The notes beneath the pieces were generated by a model, which saw only the letters and a list, made by a program, of their open reading frames with translations, did not search any database and was not told the origin of the DNA. Of a stretch of 64,000 bases of DNA, positions 21,333 to 31,794 are shown piece by piece. Position 1 is the first letter of the stretch. Every line of letters begins with the position of its first letter. The position numbers were made by a program, and so were the translations under genes. Origin of the DNA: Caecitellus pseudoparvulus (taxonomy: Eukaryota > Protista > Bigyra: Bicosoecida); the NCBI GenBank assembly GCA_965644315.1, contig CBFFRQ010000048.1, positions 1-64,000 on the forward strand. Reading direction: 5' to 3'.

Positions 21333-24017
21333 ATGCTCCATGCTGGCTCTTCACAGGCGGCAGGCGCCTTGGCCGGCGTTCGGGCTTCTGATGAGGGGGA
21401 AGACATCATGACTGCGGCGTCCAAGTCCTCTGTTGGAGAGATCATCGTCGCAGAGCATGAAGGCAAGCCACTGGCACTGATGCCGTGCCTGAACAGTGGC
21501 ACTGGCACAGTGGATTGGCAGCAGGCGCCAAGCGACATCATGCACCGGACCATTGCGACAAGCCAGCTCCGAGGAATGCTCCACGACACACAACGCTGTG
21601 TCAAGTATCGCAGGTGTATCTTTGCTGCCGTGGCGGGCTTTGCTGCAGCACACGGGCGTGCACCGGTTGTGCTGGACATTGGCGCAGGCTCAGGACTGCT
21701 CTCTCTCTTTGCACGTGAGGCGGGGGCTGCTGCTGTTTATGCCTGCGAGATGTTTGAGCCGCTGGCTTGCATAGCGCAGGGCATCGTGGCAGGGCAAGGT
21801 GCGGGGCAAGGCGCACTGGGGCAACCGCTGTGTGAAGTGACGGTTTTGGCAGGCAAGAGCACGGATGTCGTTGTGGGGGGTTCCGGTCCCTGCAGCATTC
21901 CAGTGAAGGCTGACTTGTTGGTGTCTGAGCTGTTTGACTCAGTCCTACTCGGTGAAGGGCTGATACCGACGCTGCGCGACGCCCGCGAGCGCCTGCTGCA
22001 TCCACATGCTCTGGTGATCCCGCGCCGCGCGCGGGTGTGGGGCCAGGCAGCGCAGTCTGACGCTTTGGCTGCCTCTTGCGACACGCATGGGTTGCAGGTG
22101 GCGGGACTGCCAGTCGTGCGGACTGAATGGGGGGCTGCGTGTGGGGCGAGGACTGCATTGCCGCTGCACGTGCGGGCTTTGCGGCCACAGCCAACAGCCT
22201 CCTCGGATCCACAGCTCATGTGGGAGTTTGACTTTCAGAACTTCGAAGCATCTGCAGTGCCCGCTGGCGATTTGGCCCAGTTCCCGGGCTCTCGACAGGC
22301 AGCAGGCGTGCATTGGTACATCAGCAAAATCTGGGCAGGAGTGCGTCCTCATGGTCTCATTGCTTGGTGGGACGTGCACCTCGACACCAGCTCCCAGGCG
22401 TGGCAGGCAGCAGCAAGCACTGCTGCTGGATTAAAGCCACAGGAAGCTGACATCGGCTCACCCTCGGCACTTCCGGACGAGGAGCAGTTGGCTGGCGACC
22501 CGCGGCCTGATGTCTTTTCCACCCACCCTGCACCATGGTCTGTGCCAGCCGCTTCCTGGGATTCATGCCGCGAGAGCATGCCAAGTGCCCTGTCGACTAG
22601 CCTAGCACCTGCAACATGGCCGTGGCCGTGGCAAGATCACTGGGTGCAGACGTTCCTTCCTCTGCCCCCGATTCCCCGCGGAGCGGCCGAGGCAACAGGC
22701 CACGTGTTGTTTGCGCGCTCCGACCTCACGCTGTGGCTGCGACCAGCAACCACCGACGGCCAAGCGGATGGAGAGCCAGCGGCGTCTGCAACAGGCGCAG
22801 GCTCGGCAGCTGATTCCGGCGGCAGGTTAGAGGACTCAGACCCTGCGCCTGCGTCGTGTACTTGCGGCGGGCACCAAGTGTACCACCCTCTGCGCCTGGC
22901 TGCCCTGCGAAGCGACGCGAGTGCAGCCCAATGGGAGACCGGTCTGCACGCTGCCTTTGCTTGTGTGAATGGCGCCGATGCAAGCACATCCCGACTGACT
23001 CTGGTCGCGGATGTGTCCAGCGGGACTGCCCACGCCTCGCGTGTTTTGGGGGTTGGCAAGACTGGGGCCGTTTCTGTGTTTTCGCTGCAGTACAGCACGC
23101 CCGTGCGCACGTTTTCTCAAGCCGTTCTGGCTGAAGCTGGCTGTGCCGATGCGGTGTCTGTTGGGGGCGTGCATGCCATGCAGGAGTGGATGCAGCTTCA
23201 GTGTGGCCGGGTTGCATCCCTTGCGCAAGAGCTGGGGCAAGACGCGCCTGACCTCGGCATTCACATCCTGACAGGAGAGGCTTGGTACCCGCAGATGCAC
23301 TCCGCGCCCTTGTGGGCACTCGTGTCCCTGTGGCTGCGCATTTCATCTCTGCGCGGCGCTCTCGCGGCATGTGCTGTGATCAGTCCCAGCATGGCATACG
23401 TGCGATGCGTCGTGGTGCGGCTGGAGGACTTCTGGAGAGGATACGCCCCAGCAGGCAAGCTGTACGGGATTGACCACAGCGGGTTGGACGAAGCCATGCA
23501 GCCATTCATGCAGAGCGGTGTGACTCTGCCAGTTCCCATGTGGGAGTATGAGATGCGGCCGCTGTCTCAAGTCACGACGCTGGCGGCGTTCCCGCTGGCG
23601 TGCGACGCCTCGGCAGTTCTGCCCGAAGTCGCAGAGGGACTGCGGCATGATGTCCCCTTGACTTGTGCAGGCGAGCCCCACGCAGTGGTCACGTGGGTTG
23701 ACTACAACACCGCTCCAACGAAGCCGGACACACTCTCCACCGCCGAAAAGAATACGGTGGCCTCCTTCGCACCCCCTCAGGTGCAGTACGCACCATGGGA
23801 AGGGGCGCTGGCTGGCTCTTCAACTCCGTGCATTCAGCAAGAGGAAGGCAGCGCTCCCCTCCCGCCCCGGGGACCAGCCAGTGGCAAGCAAACCCTGACT
23901 CTCATGCCGTATCCCTGGACGAAAGCCGAGGCTGGAGACTGTATCACGGTGGAGCTGAAGGCGAGGCAGTCTGCTGGTGCATGGCTAGGATTGGATGTGC
24001 AGGGGTATCGGCAGTGA
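21333..24017 (+). CDS. PRMT7: Protein arginine N-methyltransferase 7-like, apparently intronless (start 21333 or 21408)
   Basis: MLHDTQR..KY, VLDIGAGSGLLSL, ACEMF, VSELFDSVLLGEG and WQDHWVQ (DHW loop), followed by a degenerate second PRMT module. Confidence 0.85.
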   Translation: MLHAGSSQAAGALAGVRASDEGEDIMTAASKSSVGEIIVAEHEGKPLALMPCLNSGTGTVDWQQAPSDIMHRTIATSQLRGMLHDTQRCVKYRRCIFAAVAGFAAAHGRAPVVLDIGAGSGLLSLFAREAGAAAVYACEMFEPLACIAQGIVAGQGAGQGALGQPLCEVTVLAGKSTDVVVGGSGPCSIPVKADLLVSELFDSVLLGEGLIPTLRDARERLLHPHALVIPRRARVWGQAAQSDALAASCDTHGLQVAGLPVVRTEWGAACGARTALPLHVRALRPQPTASSDPQLMWEFDFQNFEASAVPAGDLAQFPGSRQAAGVHWYISKIWAGVRPHGLIAWWDVHLDTSSQAWQAAASTAAGLKPQEADIGSPSALPDEEQLAGDPRPDVFSTHPAPWSVPAASWDSCRESMPSALSTSLAPATWPWPWQDHWVQTFLPLPPIPRGAAEATGHVLFARSDLTLWLRPATTDGQADGEPAASATGAGSAADSGGRLEDSDPAPASCTCGGHQVYHPLRLAALRSDASAAQWETGLHAAFACVNGADASTSRLTLVADVSSGTAHASRVLGVGKTGAVSVFSLQYSTPVRTFSQAVLAEAGCADAVSVGGVHAMQEWMQLQCGRVASLAQELGQDAPDLGIHILTGEAWYPQMHSAPLWALVSLWLRISSLRGALAACAVISPSMAYVRCVVVRLEDFWRGYAPAGKLYGIDHSGLDEAMQPFMQSGVTLPVPMWEYEMRPLSQVTTLAAFPLACDASAVLPEVAEGLRHDVPLTCAGEPHAVVTWVDYNTAPTKPDTLSTAEKNTVASFAPPQVQYAPWEGALAGSSTPCIQQEEGSAPLPPRGPASGKQTLTLMPYPWTKAEAGDCITVELKARQSAGAWLGLDVQGYRQ

Positions 24018-24334
24018 GGGACTGAACTTGCTGGGGGTGGTCTGCCCGTCCCAGGTGTGACTGGCTCGGCTATGGGACACGCCACACTGGCTCCAAGTGC
24101 ACTGCAGCAGAACTGGCCGCAATGCAAATCCCACTGCGAGGTGCAGGAGCGCGTGAAGCCGTGCAGCAGTCACGGCTATCTACATCGCTACAGAGCTGGA
24201 CAGGCGCCATTGGCCCGCCCAGGCAAAGCTTTCTCTGGCAGGGAGCCTGGCAAGCACGCACCAGAGCAGAAACGCGTGGCAAGTCGACCGCCGGCTCTGC
24301 CTGCTGCTCACCCCTCCGGCGCAAGTTCAGCACC

Positions 24335-27300
24335 ATGGAGCTGATGAACGTAGTTTTAGTGCTGCTGGCCGCCCTTGGGGCTGTTTCATTGGCTTCCACT
24401 GCCCTGCAGTGGCTGCAGAGTGCTCTCAAGGTGGAACCCCCCAACCACGAAGCTGGGGCGTCAACTGAGGCCTCCGCTGGCGCTCCTGCCTCCAAAGTTG
24501 GCGCTGGCAGCACCACCCCAACAGCAGCTGTTCATGTCACATCGCCAGATGCAGGCAGCGCGCTGGACAGCTTTGCGGCCTTCAGCGATGCGAGCAGTGA
24601 CAGTTCCGGTGTTGCCGCCGTTTCTCCAGCACGTGGCAAGACTGAACTCGCCTCGCACGCACCAATTCCAGACTTGCCTGCGTGGCCCGAACAGCACTGG
24701 GCATGTTGTGGCCCCCAGCTCCCCCTTACGCCCGAGTTCATGGTGCTGGTGGCGCTGGTCGTTGACGTTTCCTCCCGGAAGCGAACCAGTGAGTGCAGCG
24801 CCTCGCAGGGAAAGCACTTCCCCCGCACGCGCCCCCCTGCCTACCGCGCTGCACCTTCTCCCGCCCCGCCCACGGCAGTGCACTTGCAGGGTAAATGGAT
24901 TTATGAAGGGTCTTTGGACGGGACGAGTGGCGCATGGGGCTCTGCTGGCGAGCGGCGCGTGCAGGTGAAGCTGTCTCCCGCCCACTTTGCTGCCCTTCCC
25001 GTCAGGCCCGGAGAGCTACAAGGCAAGCCTGTGAAAGTGGTCTTGGAAGCCGCTTCAGGCTTGTCAAGCTCCTCCCCTCCGCCCCTTCTCGGCCTGTGGT
25101 GCTGGGACAGCCCTGCTTCTGACGCTCCGCAACTGGAATCAAGGCGGCCCACGTCGCCCACTGCTCAGCCGGACGGTACCGTCGACGCGGCTCCCTGCAG
25201 CGCCGCGCCTGACATGAAGGTGGCAAGGGCTTCGTCTCCCACATGCGACACAGATCTGGCAAGTACCCCCCACTCCTCCACTGCCGCTGCTCACCCGACC
25301 GCTGTTGAGACAAGTGACGATGCTATTCCTCCGGCTGTTGGTGAGCCAATCGCCGTCCCTCCGGCTGAAGAGCTTGGTGCTGAGGAGGCTGCGAGCATGC
25401 CGAGCGAAGAGCCCTGTCATGATGCAGTTCATTCAGTTGCGGGCCCATGCGCGGGCGAAGTGGATGCTGCTGAACGGCAGGCGTCCATTCCTCTTCAACC
25501 GCCAGGTGACAGTCCTTGCCTCGCCCCTGCGTCACCTCTCATGCGGTCGGTCACTGAGCCTGAGACCGCTGTGTCAGACCAAAGCAAATCATCAGAGGGC
25601 CAGAGTGATGACCAGCCGCAGCCTCTACAAGTGTCGCCTGCGGTCGTCAGTGTGCCCTCCCCCGGGCAAAACATGCTGGGCATGAGCTCACAGAAAATGC
25701 CCGGATCAGCATGGGACGAGGCTGGGCACACCTTCAGCTTGGGTGGGGACTTCCTTGGCTTGGCAGGTGATGGGCTGACTGCCTTTCTGGCAGGTGGCAC
25801 ACCTCCTCTCCACCCACGCTCAAGCCCAGCGCTTGATCACACGCCGCCCGCATACGACCTGGTCGGGCTTGTGGATGACTTGTCTGCGCACACGCCAGCG
25901 TCGCATGATCGCCAACCTCGCCGGCACTCCCCTGCCTCTGCATGTGGCTCAGACTCCCCAGCTCCACAACCAACTGCATTCGACTTGCCGGAGTCGACAT
26001 TTGTGCAGAGGCACAATGCTGACCCCTTTTGTACCTCATTGGGAGGCGGCCTCGGCGAGGCCATGGGCGGTTTTTCTCTTCCCGACTCCTTGCTGCTGTC
26101 TCCAGAGGCACACGTGGCTACTGCAGCAGCAGAAGCTGCCCTGCAGTCCCCGTTACCTGATGAGTCGTCTGAGTCTTCGGTGACCCACTCACAGGACGGC
26201 AGTGCTGGCCCAGCAGCTGAAGAGCAGGCCGCCACCTCCGCAGAGGAGGAAAGTGTCCCAGATGACTCAAGCAGTCTCTCTGCAGCAGAGGGGATTGTGA
26301 GCGGTGTCTCTTCTACCAGCTTTTCCCGCCACTTGGATGTGAATGCCCCCCCGTTCCAGGGAGATCTCACCGACGGCATCGCCTTCCTGGGCGGCATGAA
26401 GCAGGTGGACACTTCCACCGCACGGGACAGGACCCCTGCAGAGCAAGAGGCAGCCACAGCAAAGGCAGCTGCGGCCTTGCGTGCTGCGTGTGCGGCCCGG
26501 CGAGGAGCGGCCAAATCTTGGAAGCCCCCCCTGAACACGGCAGCAGCACTGCTTTCAGGAGGGGCACCTGGCAGCGTCGAAGACGGCTACAGCATTGAGT
26601 CTGGTCGCTCGCCGTTGTACGGCCAGTCTCCCGTGACTGATGGACCAAGCGGGGTGCAGGGTGGCATGTATGGCTTTTCCGCAGGGTTCGGCCACCCACC
26701 TGGTGGCAGCAGTGGCTTTCCTGGCCGCTCTCACACTGCACCATCCGCCCCTTCTCATTCGGCGCCCGGTCAGCTCCACAGCGCTTTCCATGGCTCGCAT
26801 GGTCCTGGTGGCTTCACTGGCGCGCAGGCAGCCGGGCTCCTGCTCAGTGGGAGCTCCACAACGGCCTCCTCCTCCATCTACGAAGAAGACATCGTGTACG
26901 CCCCCCCTGGGGCGCCCATGTCTCTCTCTCACAGGAGCCGGGGTGGCAGCGGCGGCAGCGGTGGTAGCTCTGACGTCTCCACCACCCGCATCTCTCCCTC
27001 GCAATGGAGCTCTGGGTCTGCGATTGAGGATGTCGTGTACGTGTCCACCGCCACAACCCGCGCGGCCAGGGCGGCGATGACGTCTCCTTTGGATGACGCT
27101 GCGTCGCAATCAGCGGGCGGCTCTTCCGCCTCGAGCTGGAGCCAGCCACTGGTCGGCGCGAGCAAGGCCCTGCCCGCCCGTTCCATGTCCAGCTCTGACG
27201 CAGGCGCTGGAGAAGGGCTCGGCGGCGGGGACCAGGACTCCGCCACAGCAGGCGGCGCGTCGGGCGGCAAGGTCCTCACAAAGAAACAAGAACGCAACAA

Positions 27301-27367
27301 GGCTTACTGGAAGCGCCGTAAGGCTCTAGCAAAGGCAGCCAAGGCTGCGCGAAGGGAAGGCCTGTGA
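24335..27367 (+). CDS. Hypothetical protein with N-terminal signal/TM, Ser/Pro-rich body and basic C-terminus; probable intron 24789-24878
   Basis: MELMNVVLVLLAALGAVSLA start, a long ORF, a PAM2-like HLDVNAPPF, and the end KKQERNKAYWKRRK. Confidence 0.6.
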   Translation: MELMNVVLVLLAALGAVSLASTALQWLQSALKVEPPNHEAGASTEASAGAPASKVGAGSTTPTAAVHVTSPDAGSALDSFAAFSDASSDSSGVAAVSPARGKTELASHAPIPDLPAWPEQHWACCGPQLPLTPEFMVLVALVVDVSSRKRTSECSASQGKHFPRTRPPAYRAAPSPAPPTAVHLQGKWIYEGSLDGTSGAWGSAGERRVQVKLSPAHFAALPVRPGELQGKPVKVVLEAASGLSSSSPPPLLGLWCWDSPASDAPQLESRRPTSPTAQPDGTVDAAPCSAAPDMKVARASSPTCDTDLASTPHSSTAAAHPTAVETSDDAIPPAVGEPIAVPPAEELGAEEAASMPSEEPCHDAVHSVAGPCAGEVDAAERQASIPLQPPGDSPCLAPASPLMRSVTEPETAVSDQSKSSEGQSDDQPQPLQVSPAVVSVPSPGQNMLGMSSQKMPGSAWDEAGHTFSLGGDFLGLAGDGLTAFLAGGTPPLHPRSSPALDHTPPAYDLVGLVDDLSAHTPASHDRQPRRHSPASACGSDSPAPQPTAFDLPESTFVQRHNADPFCTSLGGGLGEAMGGFSLPDSLLLSPEAHVATAAAEAALQSPLPDESSESSVTHSQDGSAGPAAEEQAATSAEEESVPDDSSSLSAAEGIVSGVSSTSFSRHLDVNAPPFQGDLTDGIAFLGGMKQVDTSTARDRTPAEQEAATAKAAAALRAACAARRGAAKSWKPPLNTAAALLSGGAPGSVEDGYSIESGRSPLYGQSPVTDGPSGVQGGMYGFSAGFGHPPGGSSGFPGRSHTAPSAPSHSAPGQLHSAFHGSHGPGGFTGAQAAGLLLSGSSTTASSSIYEEDIVYAPPGAPMSLSHRSRGGSGGSGGSSDVSTTRISPSQWSSGSAIEDVVYVSTATTRAARAAMTSPLDDAASQSAGGSSASSWSQPLVGASKALPARSMSSSDAGAGEGLGGGDQDSATAGGASGGKVLTKKQERNKAYWKRRKALAKAAKAARREGL

Positions 27368-27595
27368 CGGTACCCGACCCCGCTCATGGCGCAGCAGTGC
27401 ATTCATCGCCTGGCGGCAATTGACTTGGCGTGGGCAACAGCGATGCTATCTCGGGGTGGTGGAGGCGCGGCCGTGGCCAGCCGCGCCCGCCACACACACG
27501 GGGTATGCAAAGTCGCCATCCCATGCACCAAGCTCAGCCGCCGTGCGAACACAACTGGATCAATGCACACAGTGACCCTTACCCTCTTCACTCGC

Positions 27596-28597
27596 TCACT
27601 TGGCGTTCATGAGACCCTTCGCTGTCTGCTCGCTGCCTTGCAGGCTGGACGACGCGTACTTGTCTAACAGCATGCGCTTCTTGCGCTCCAGGACGAGCTT
27701 AGACACCACCTCTTGCGACGGCACGGGAACATGGGCGCGCAGGGTGGGATCAGACACTGCACTGGCGGCTGCCGACACTGGCACCGCCTCCCCACCCGCC
27801 ACCACCAGCTTGGCACCCTTGGAAGCAGACTGCAGCAGCTCCCGGCGCGCCTTTTTCGCAGCAGAGTCCTTGGCCTCCCAAGCCTCCACCGCTGCCTGGC
27901 GCTGTGCCGCCTCTGCTTCGCGCTCTGCAGGCACGAGGGTGCCATCATCCTCATCCCGGAAGCCAAAGTAGTCAGGCGTGATGGCCGCGAACATCTGGCC
28001 CCGTGTGCGCTTGGGCCGCTTAGGGGCGGCATCTGTGAACAGCTCACGCACTCCAGGGAGGTCCTTGGCCGCGCCAAAGTACCTGTACCCCCGTGAGTGC
28101 GGCAACTCCCGCCCGTCAGCAGCAAACATGGAGCCTCCAGAGCGGGAGTGGTCAGGGCCCCCTAGCTCCTTGATGCGGCGGTTCCAGTGGTGCAGCTCGC
28201 GCAGGAGCTTGTTGATTTCATCGTTCAAGTCTCGCAGGCGGGATTCACCCAGTCCAGCTGCGTGGCAGAGCATGGCAGGGCCGAAAAGGTACGTCTATGC
28301 TGGGAGAAGCAGCAACCTGCGAAGCGCACCACGCACCATTCTGGATCTCCGACACCTTCTGTGAAATCTGCCGGACTAGCTCACGCCTCCAGCGGTCTGC
28401 CTCTGGCAGAGTTTCACACAAGGACGCCAAGTATGGGCGCTTGCTGTGGACAATTGAGGGAGCGTGTGCACCCGCTGCAGCACTTGCGCTGGACCAGCGC
28501 CAACGCACCCTCCAAGCTGGTAGCCCTTCTCGTCGGCGACCTTGAGCTGCAGCCATCGATTCAGCGTCGCGTTTTTCTTTTCCTCATTACGGGCCAT
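27596..28597 (-). CDS. ISY1: Pre-mRNA splicing factor ISY1, two introns
   Basis: MARNEEK..LNRW / RPYLAS..ADRWR..ISQKVSEIQN / GLGESRLRDLNDEINKL..W..RIKELGGPD..GYRYFGAAKDLPGVRELF..YFGFRDEDDG. Confidence 0.95.
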
Positions 28598-29088
28598 ATT
28601 CGCAAAGCACGGGGCACGTCAATCTGTAGCCGGTTCCGCGGTGTGCGGAAATTGCCCTCCACCGGCAGGAGTTGCTGCCGCCGCGAGCCTGCAAAGCTGA
28701 CCACGTGCCGCGTAAACTGGCTGGGGCCTAGTCTGTGCAAATGCGTGAAGGCAACCGCAGCCGCGGGAAAGAAATCGTTGGGTCTGGTTTTGTCTGGCTG
28801 ACCTCTTGGGAGGCAACATCGACAGTTGGTGCGAGTGCAAGGCCAGCGTGAAGATGGTCAGTAAAATAAAACCTAAACAACGACATCATCTCGCTTTTGG
28901 ATCCTGACAACCTTTCGTTGTGAAGAGCTCAACTCGTGCGGTTCCATTGCTTGGAAGCAAAGCGGCAGGTACACTGAGGAAACGCTTCCGTGCATCGTGC
29001 CACGCAAGTTCACGTGAGCTTGTGTGGCGAAACGTACACCTGCTGAGCTTAATCCACGGATGCTGAAGTCCAAGTACATGAGTACTCC

Positions 29089-31647
29089 ATGAGGCTTCAC
29101 TGTGCTCCGCCTGAGCGGCTGCTTCGGGGGATTGCCGGTCCACTGGCTCTCTTCGTAGCTATCTTGGCCATCGCCGGCATTGCCCGATCTGCCGATGATT
29201 CGGAGAACGCAGCGCTGAAGGCGCAAGCCGCAAGCTCCCAAACCCTCACATCAAGCGACCTTGGAGTGAGAGCTGGGCCCTGCCTGTTCATGCTGGGCCT
29301 GCAGTTCGCCGGGTTGTTGCGTGTGTCAGCTGACGGCGCTCCGCCGCCCACGAAGCACGGAGCTGCGCTGGCCGGGCTGCGGGGGCTGCTGTCGACCTTT
29401 TGGCTGTACAGTGGTGCCGCAGTCACGGCCAGTTCGCTGATCTGGCTGGCGCCGGCTTTGAGGCCAGTGACGCTGCCGTCAGCGGTCGTCGCCAACGTGC
29501 TTGTTGGGCCGTCCCCGGTCAACCACTTGATGCTGGCGTTCCCGATCATCCTGCGAGTCGTGGACGCTGCGCTGGCGAGATCTGAAAGACAGGGTGGGAC
29601 AAAGGGTCGCGTTTCAGGGCGCAGCTCCCAGGAAGAGTCCCTGCGGCGCATTGCCTGCGACAGCGCCTTTGGTGCGTTCTACATGTGGGGTGCCTGGTGC
29701 TTGCTGTACGCCTGCGTGCTGGGAGTTGAGGTCCTTTTTTCCGTGTGTGACGCGGGGAGTGGTGCTGGAATTTGCGAAATCACGGTTGGATCGGGCCGTA
29801 TTGCGACGCGGGTGGTCCAGGTCTTCGTGGTGGCGGGGTTTCTCGCTGGACAAGTGTTCGTCATGAAGAGCCCCATCATGAAACGCAGCTTCTTGGCCAT
29901 AACCGTCGTGTGCCTGACAGGCATGAATGTGTCTTCTTTCATGTTCCTATTTTCAGGAAGCTCCGCCGATGAGTTCTGCCGGTCAAATTACTTCGTCGCC
30001 AGCTTGCTGTTCGGCACGGTGATGCCGGGCACGATTTATGTCCTGTTGCTCTTAGCTGAGGCAAACCGTGCCGCGTCCCTGCACTCCTTCCTGCGGTACT
30101 TGTCCCACGAGGTGCGTGTGCCGGCCAACGTCGCCATCCTGTCCCTGGAGGAGGTGGAGTCCCTGGAAAGCGAGGGGGAAGTGGACCAAGGCAAGGCGAC
30201 GTCGCGCGGCGCCGTCTCCCCTGGCAGGGCAGCCCTTGCCCCTCCAGACGTGCACGTGAAGGGCGGCAGTGGTCACGATATCACGCGGGAGGTGGGGCAG
30301 GTTGACGTGCCTGACTGGCTGAGTGTGCAGGGCCAGCGGCGAGCAGCAGTGGGAGAAGTGCGTGCCGCGCTGAAGCACATCAAGGCCCTCATGGATCGCA
30401 CGCTTGACATGGCACGTCTGGAGGCAGGCGCACAGGAGCTGCGAGGTGGCGTGTTTGACCTGTGTGGGTGGTGGGGGGACATTGGGCGGCTGTCTGCGCC
30501 TTCCTTCGCGGCGGTGGGTGTGGCTTTGCGGCTGGGCGAGGGGCAAGTGGATGGGCGGGGCTTGAAGTCGTGCGGCGAGGTGCAAGTGTACGGTGACGGC
30601 ATGCGTGTGCGGCAGGCCGTGTTGAACTTGCTGGACAACGCGTCCAAGTACACCCCTCGTGGTGGGCACGTTGAAGTGGCGCTGCAGGTGCAGGGAGGCT
30701 TCGGCGCAAGAGCAGGTGTCCAGAGCGGGGCTGGTGTGGCAGGGGATGGCGGCCGGTCATGCTGTCAGGGGGGTGGGCCGGTAGAGGAGGGGACGGGGGG
30801 GCTGACGGCGCCGCCTGGTGACGGCTGGACGGTGGCGACGCTGGAGGTGTGTGTGTCGGACGATGGGCGGGGCATGACGCGGGAGGAGCAGGCGAGCATC
30901 TTCGTGCCGTTCTCCCGCCTGCACACGGGGGAGGAGGGCACGGGGCTGGGCCTGAACATCTCACGCCGTGCCATGCTGCTGCACGGGGGTAACCTGACGG
31001 TGGACAGCGAGGGCCTGGGGAAGGGGACGGCGTTCACAGTGAAGGCACAGGTGTGGGTGCGGTGCAGCGGCAGCACACCAGTCCACCCCCCTGCCGGTGC
31101 TGTGGGCGTGCGCGTGGCGCCAATGAAGCAGGCGCCACACGACAAGGGGCCGTCTGTGTCGAGTGCGAGTGGCGTGTCTGCCGTGCCAAGCGGCTCATCC
31201 ACAGGCACGGCCAGCTCAGAGCAAGGTGTGACACGGGGCCGAGCTTCAGGTGGTCGCATGCATTTGCTAGTGGTGGACGACGATTCCACGACACTGCGAG
31301 TGCTGAGTCGACTGCTGCAGCGCAAGCTACACCCTGCTAGCCTGTCCAAAGCGCGAGATGGGCAGGCAGCTGTGGACTTGGTGCTGGCTGCGCTGGGCGG
31401 GGAGGGGCAGCTGCCGACCCACGTGACGCTGGACAACTCCATGCCCGTGTTGTCAGGTGTGGATGCAGTGCGGAAGATGCGTGAGGCGGGGTACACCGGG
31501 CATGTGGTGGGTTTGACAGGCAACGCCATTGGGAGTGACCGTGCGGAGTTTCTGGAGGCGGGCGCAGACGTGGTGGTGACGAAGCCGGCGGAGTGGGCGA
31601 CGCTGGAGCAAGCTCTTGGCATGTCTGGTGGGGCAAGCAGTACGTAG
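29089..31647 (+). CDS. Membrane-bound hybrid sensor histidine kinase (multi-TM, HisKA, HATPase_c, receiver), intronless
   Basis: H-box FLRYLSHEVRVP, N-box VRQAVLNLLDNASKYT, G1 DDGRGM, F-box IFVPF and G2 GTGLGL. The receiver has LVVDDD, TLDNSMP, GLTGN and TKP. Confidence 0.92.
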   Translation: MRLHCAPPERLLRGIAGPLALFVAILAIAGIARSADDSENAALKAQAASSQTLTSSDLGVRAGPCLFMLGLQFAGLLRVSADGAPPPTKHGAALAGLRGLLSTFWLYSGAAVTASSLIWLAPALRPVTLPSAVVANVLVGPSPVNHLMLAFPIILRVVDAALARSERQGGTKGRVSGRSSQEESLRRIACDSAFGAFYMWGAWCLLYACVLGVEVLFSVCDAGSGAGICEITVGSGRIATRVVQVFVVAGFLAGQVFVMKSPIMKRSFLAITVVCLTGMNVSSFMFLFSGSSADEFCRSNYFVASLLFGTVMPGTIYVLLLLAEANRAASLHSFLRYLSHEVRVPANVAILSLEEVESLESEGEVDQGKATSRGAVSPGRAALAPPDVHVKGGSGHDITREVGQVDVPDWLSVQGQRRAAVGEVRAALKHIKALMDRTLDMARLEAGAQELRGGVFDLCGWWGDIGRLSAPSFAAVGVALRLGEGQVDGRGLKSCGEVQVYGDGMRVRQAVLNLLDNASKYTPRGGHVEVALQVQGGFGARAGVQSGAGVAGDGGRSCCQGGGPVEEGTGGLTAPPGDGWTVATLEVCVSDDGRGMTREEQASIFVPFSRLHTGEEGTGLGLNISRRAMLLHGGNLTVDSEGLGKGTAFTVKAQVWVRCSGSTPVHPPAGAVGVRVAPMKQAPHDKGPSVSSASGVSAVPSGSSTGTASSEQGVTRGRASGGRMHLLVVDDDSTTLRVLSRLLQRKLHPASLSKARDGQAAVDLVLAALGGEGQLPTHVTLDNSMPVLSGVDAVRKMREAGYTGHVVGLTGNAIGSDRAEFLEAGADVVVTKPAEWATLEQALGMSGGASST

Positions 31648-31794
31648 GGCATGTCTGCCAGGCTTGAATGTACGTTTAAGAATTCAGGTGTGATCTTTTC
31701 ACCTGCGGGGACGCCCAAGACCACAAAGTGTACGCATGCTGTAAGTCTCGCTTTATGACGTCTTGCTGCACACCACATGGATGACCTGGCACTT

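Noticed and set aside
29089-30060. Rhodopsin-histidine kinase
   Set aside because: The last TM helix lacks the retinal-binding Lys (DxxxK).
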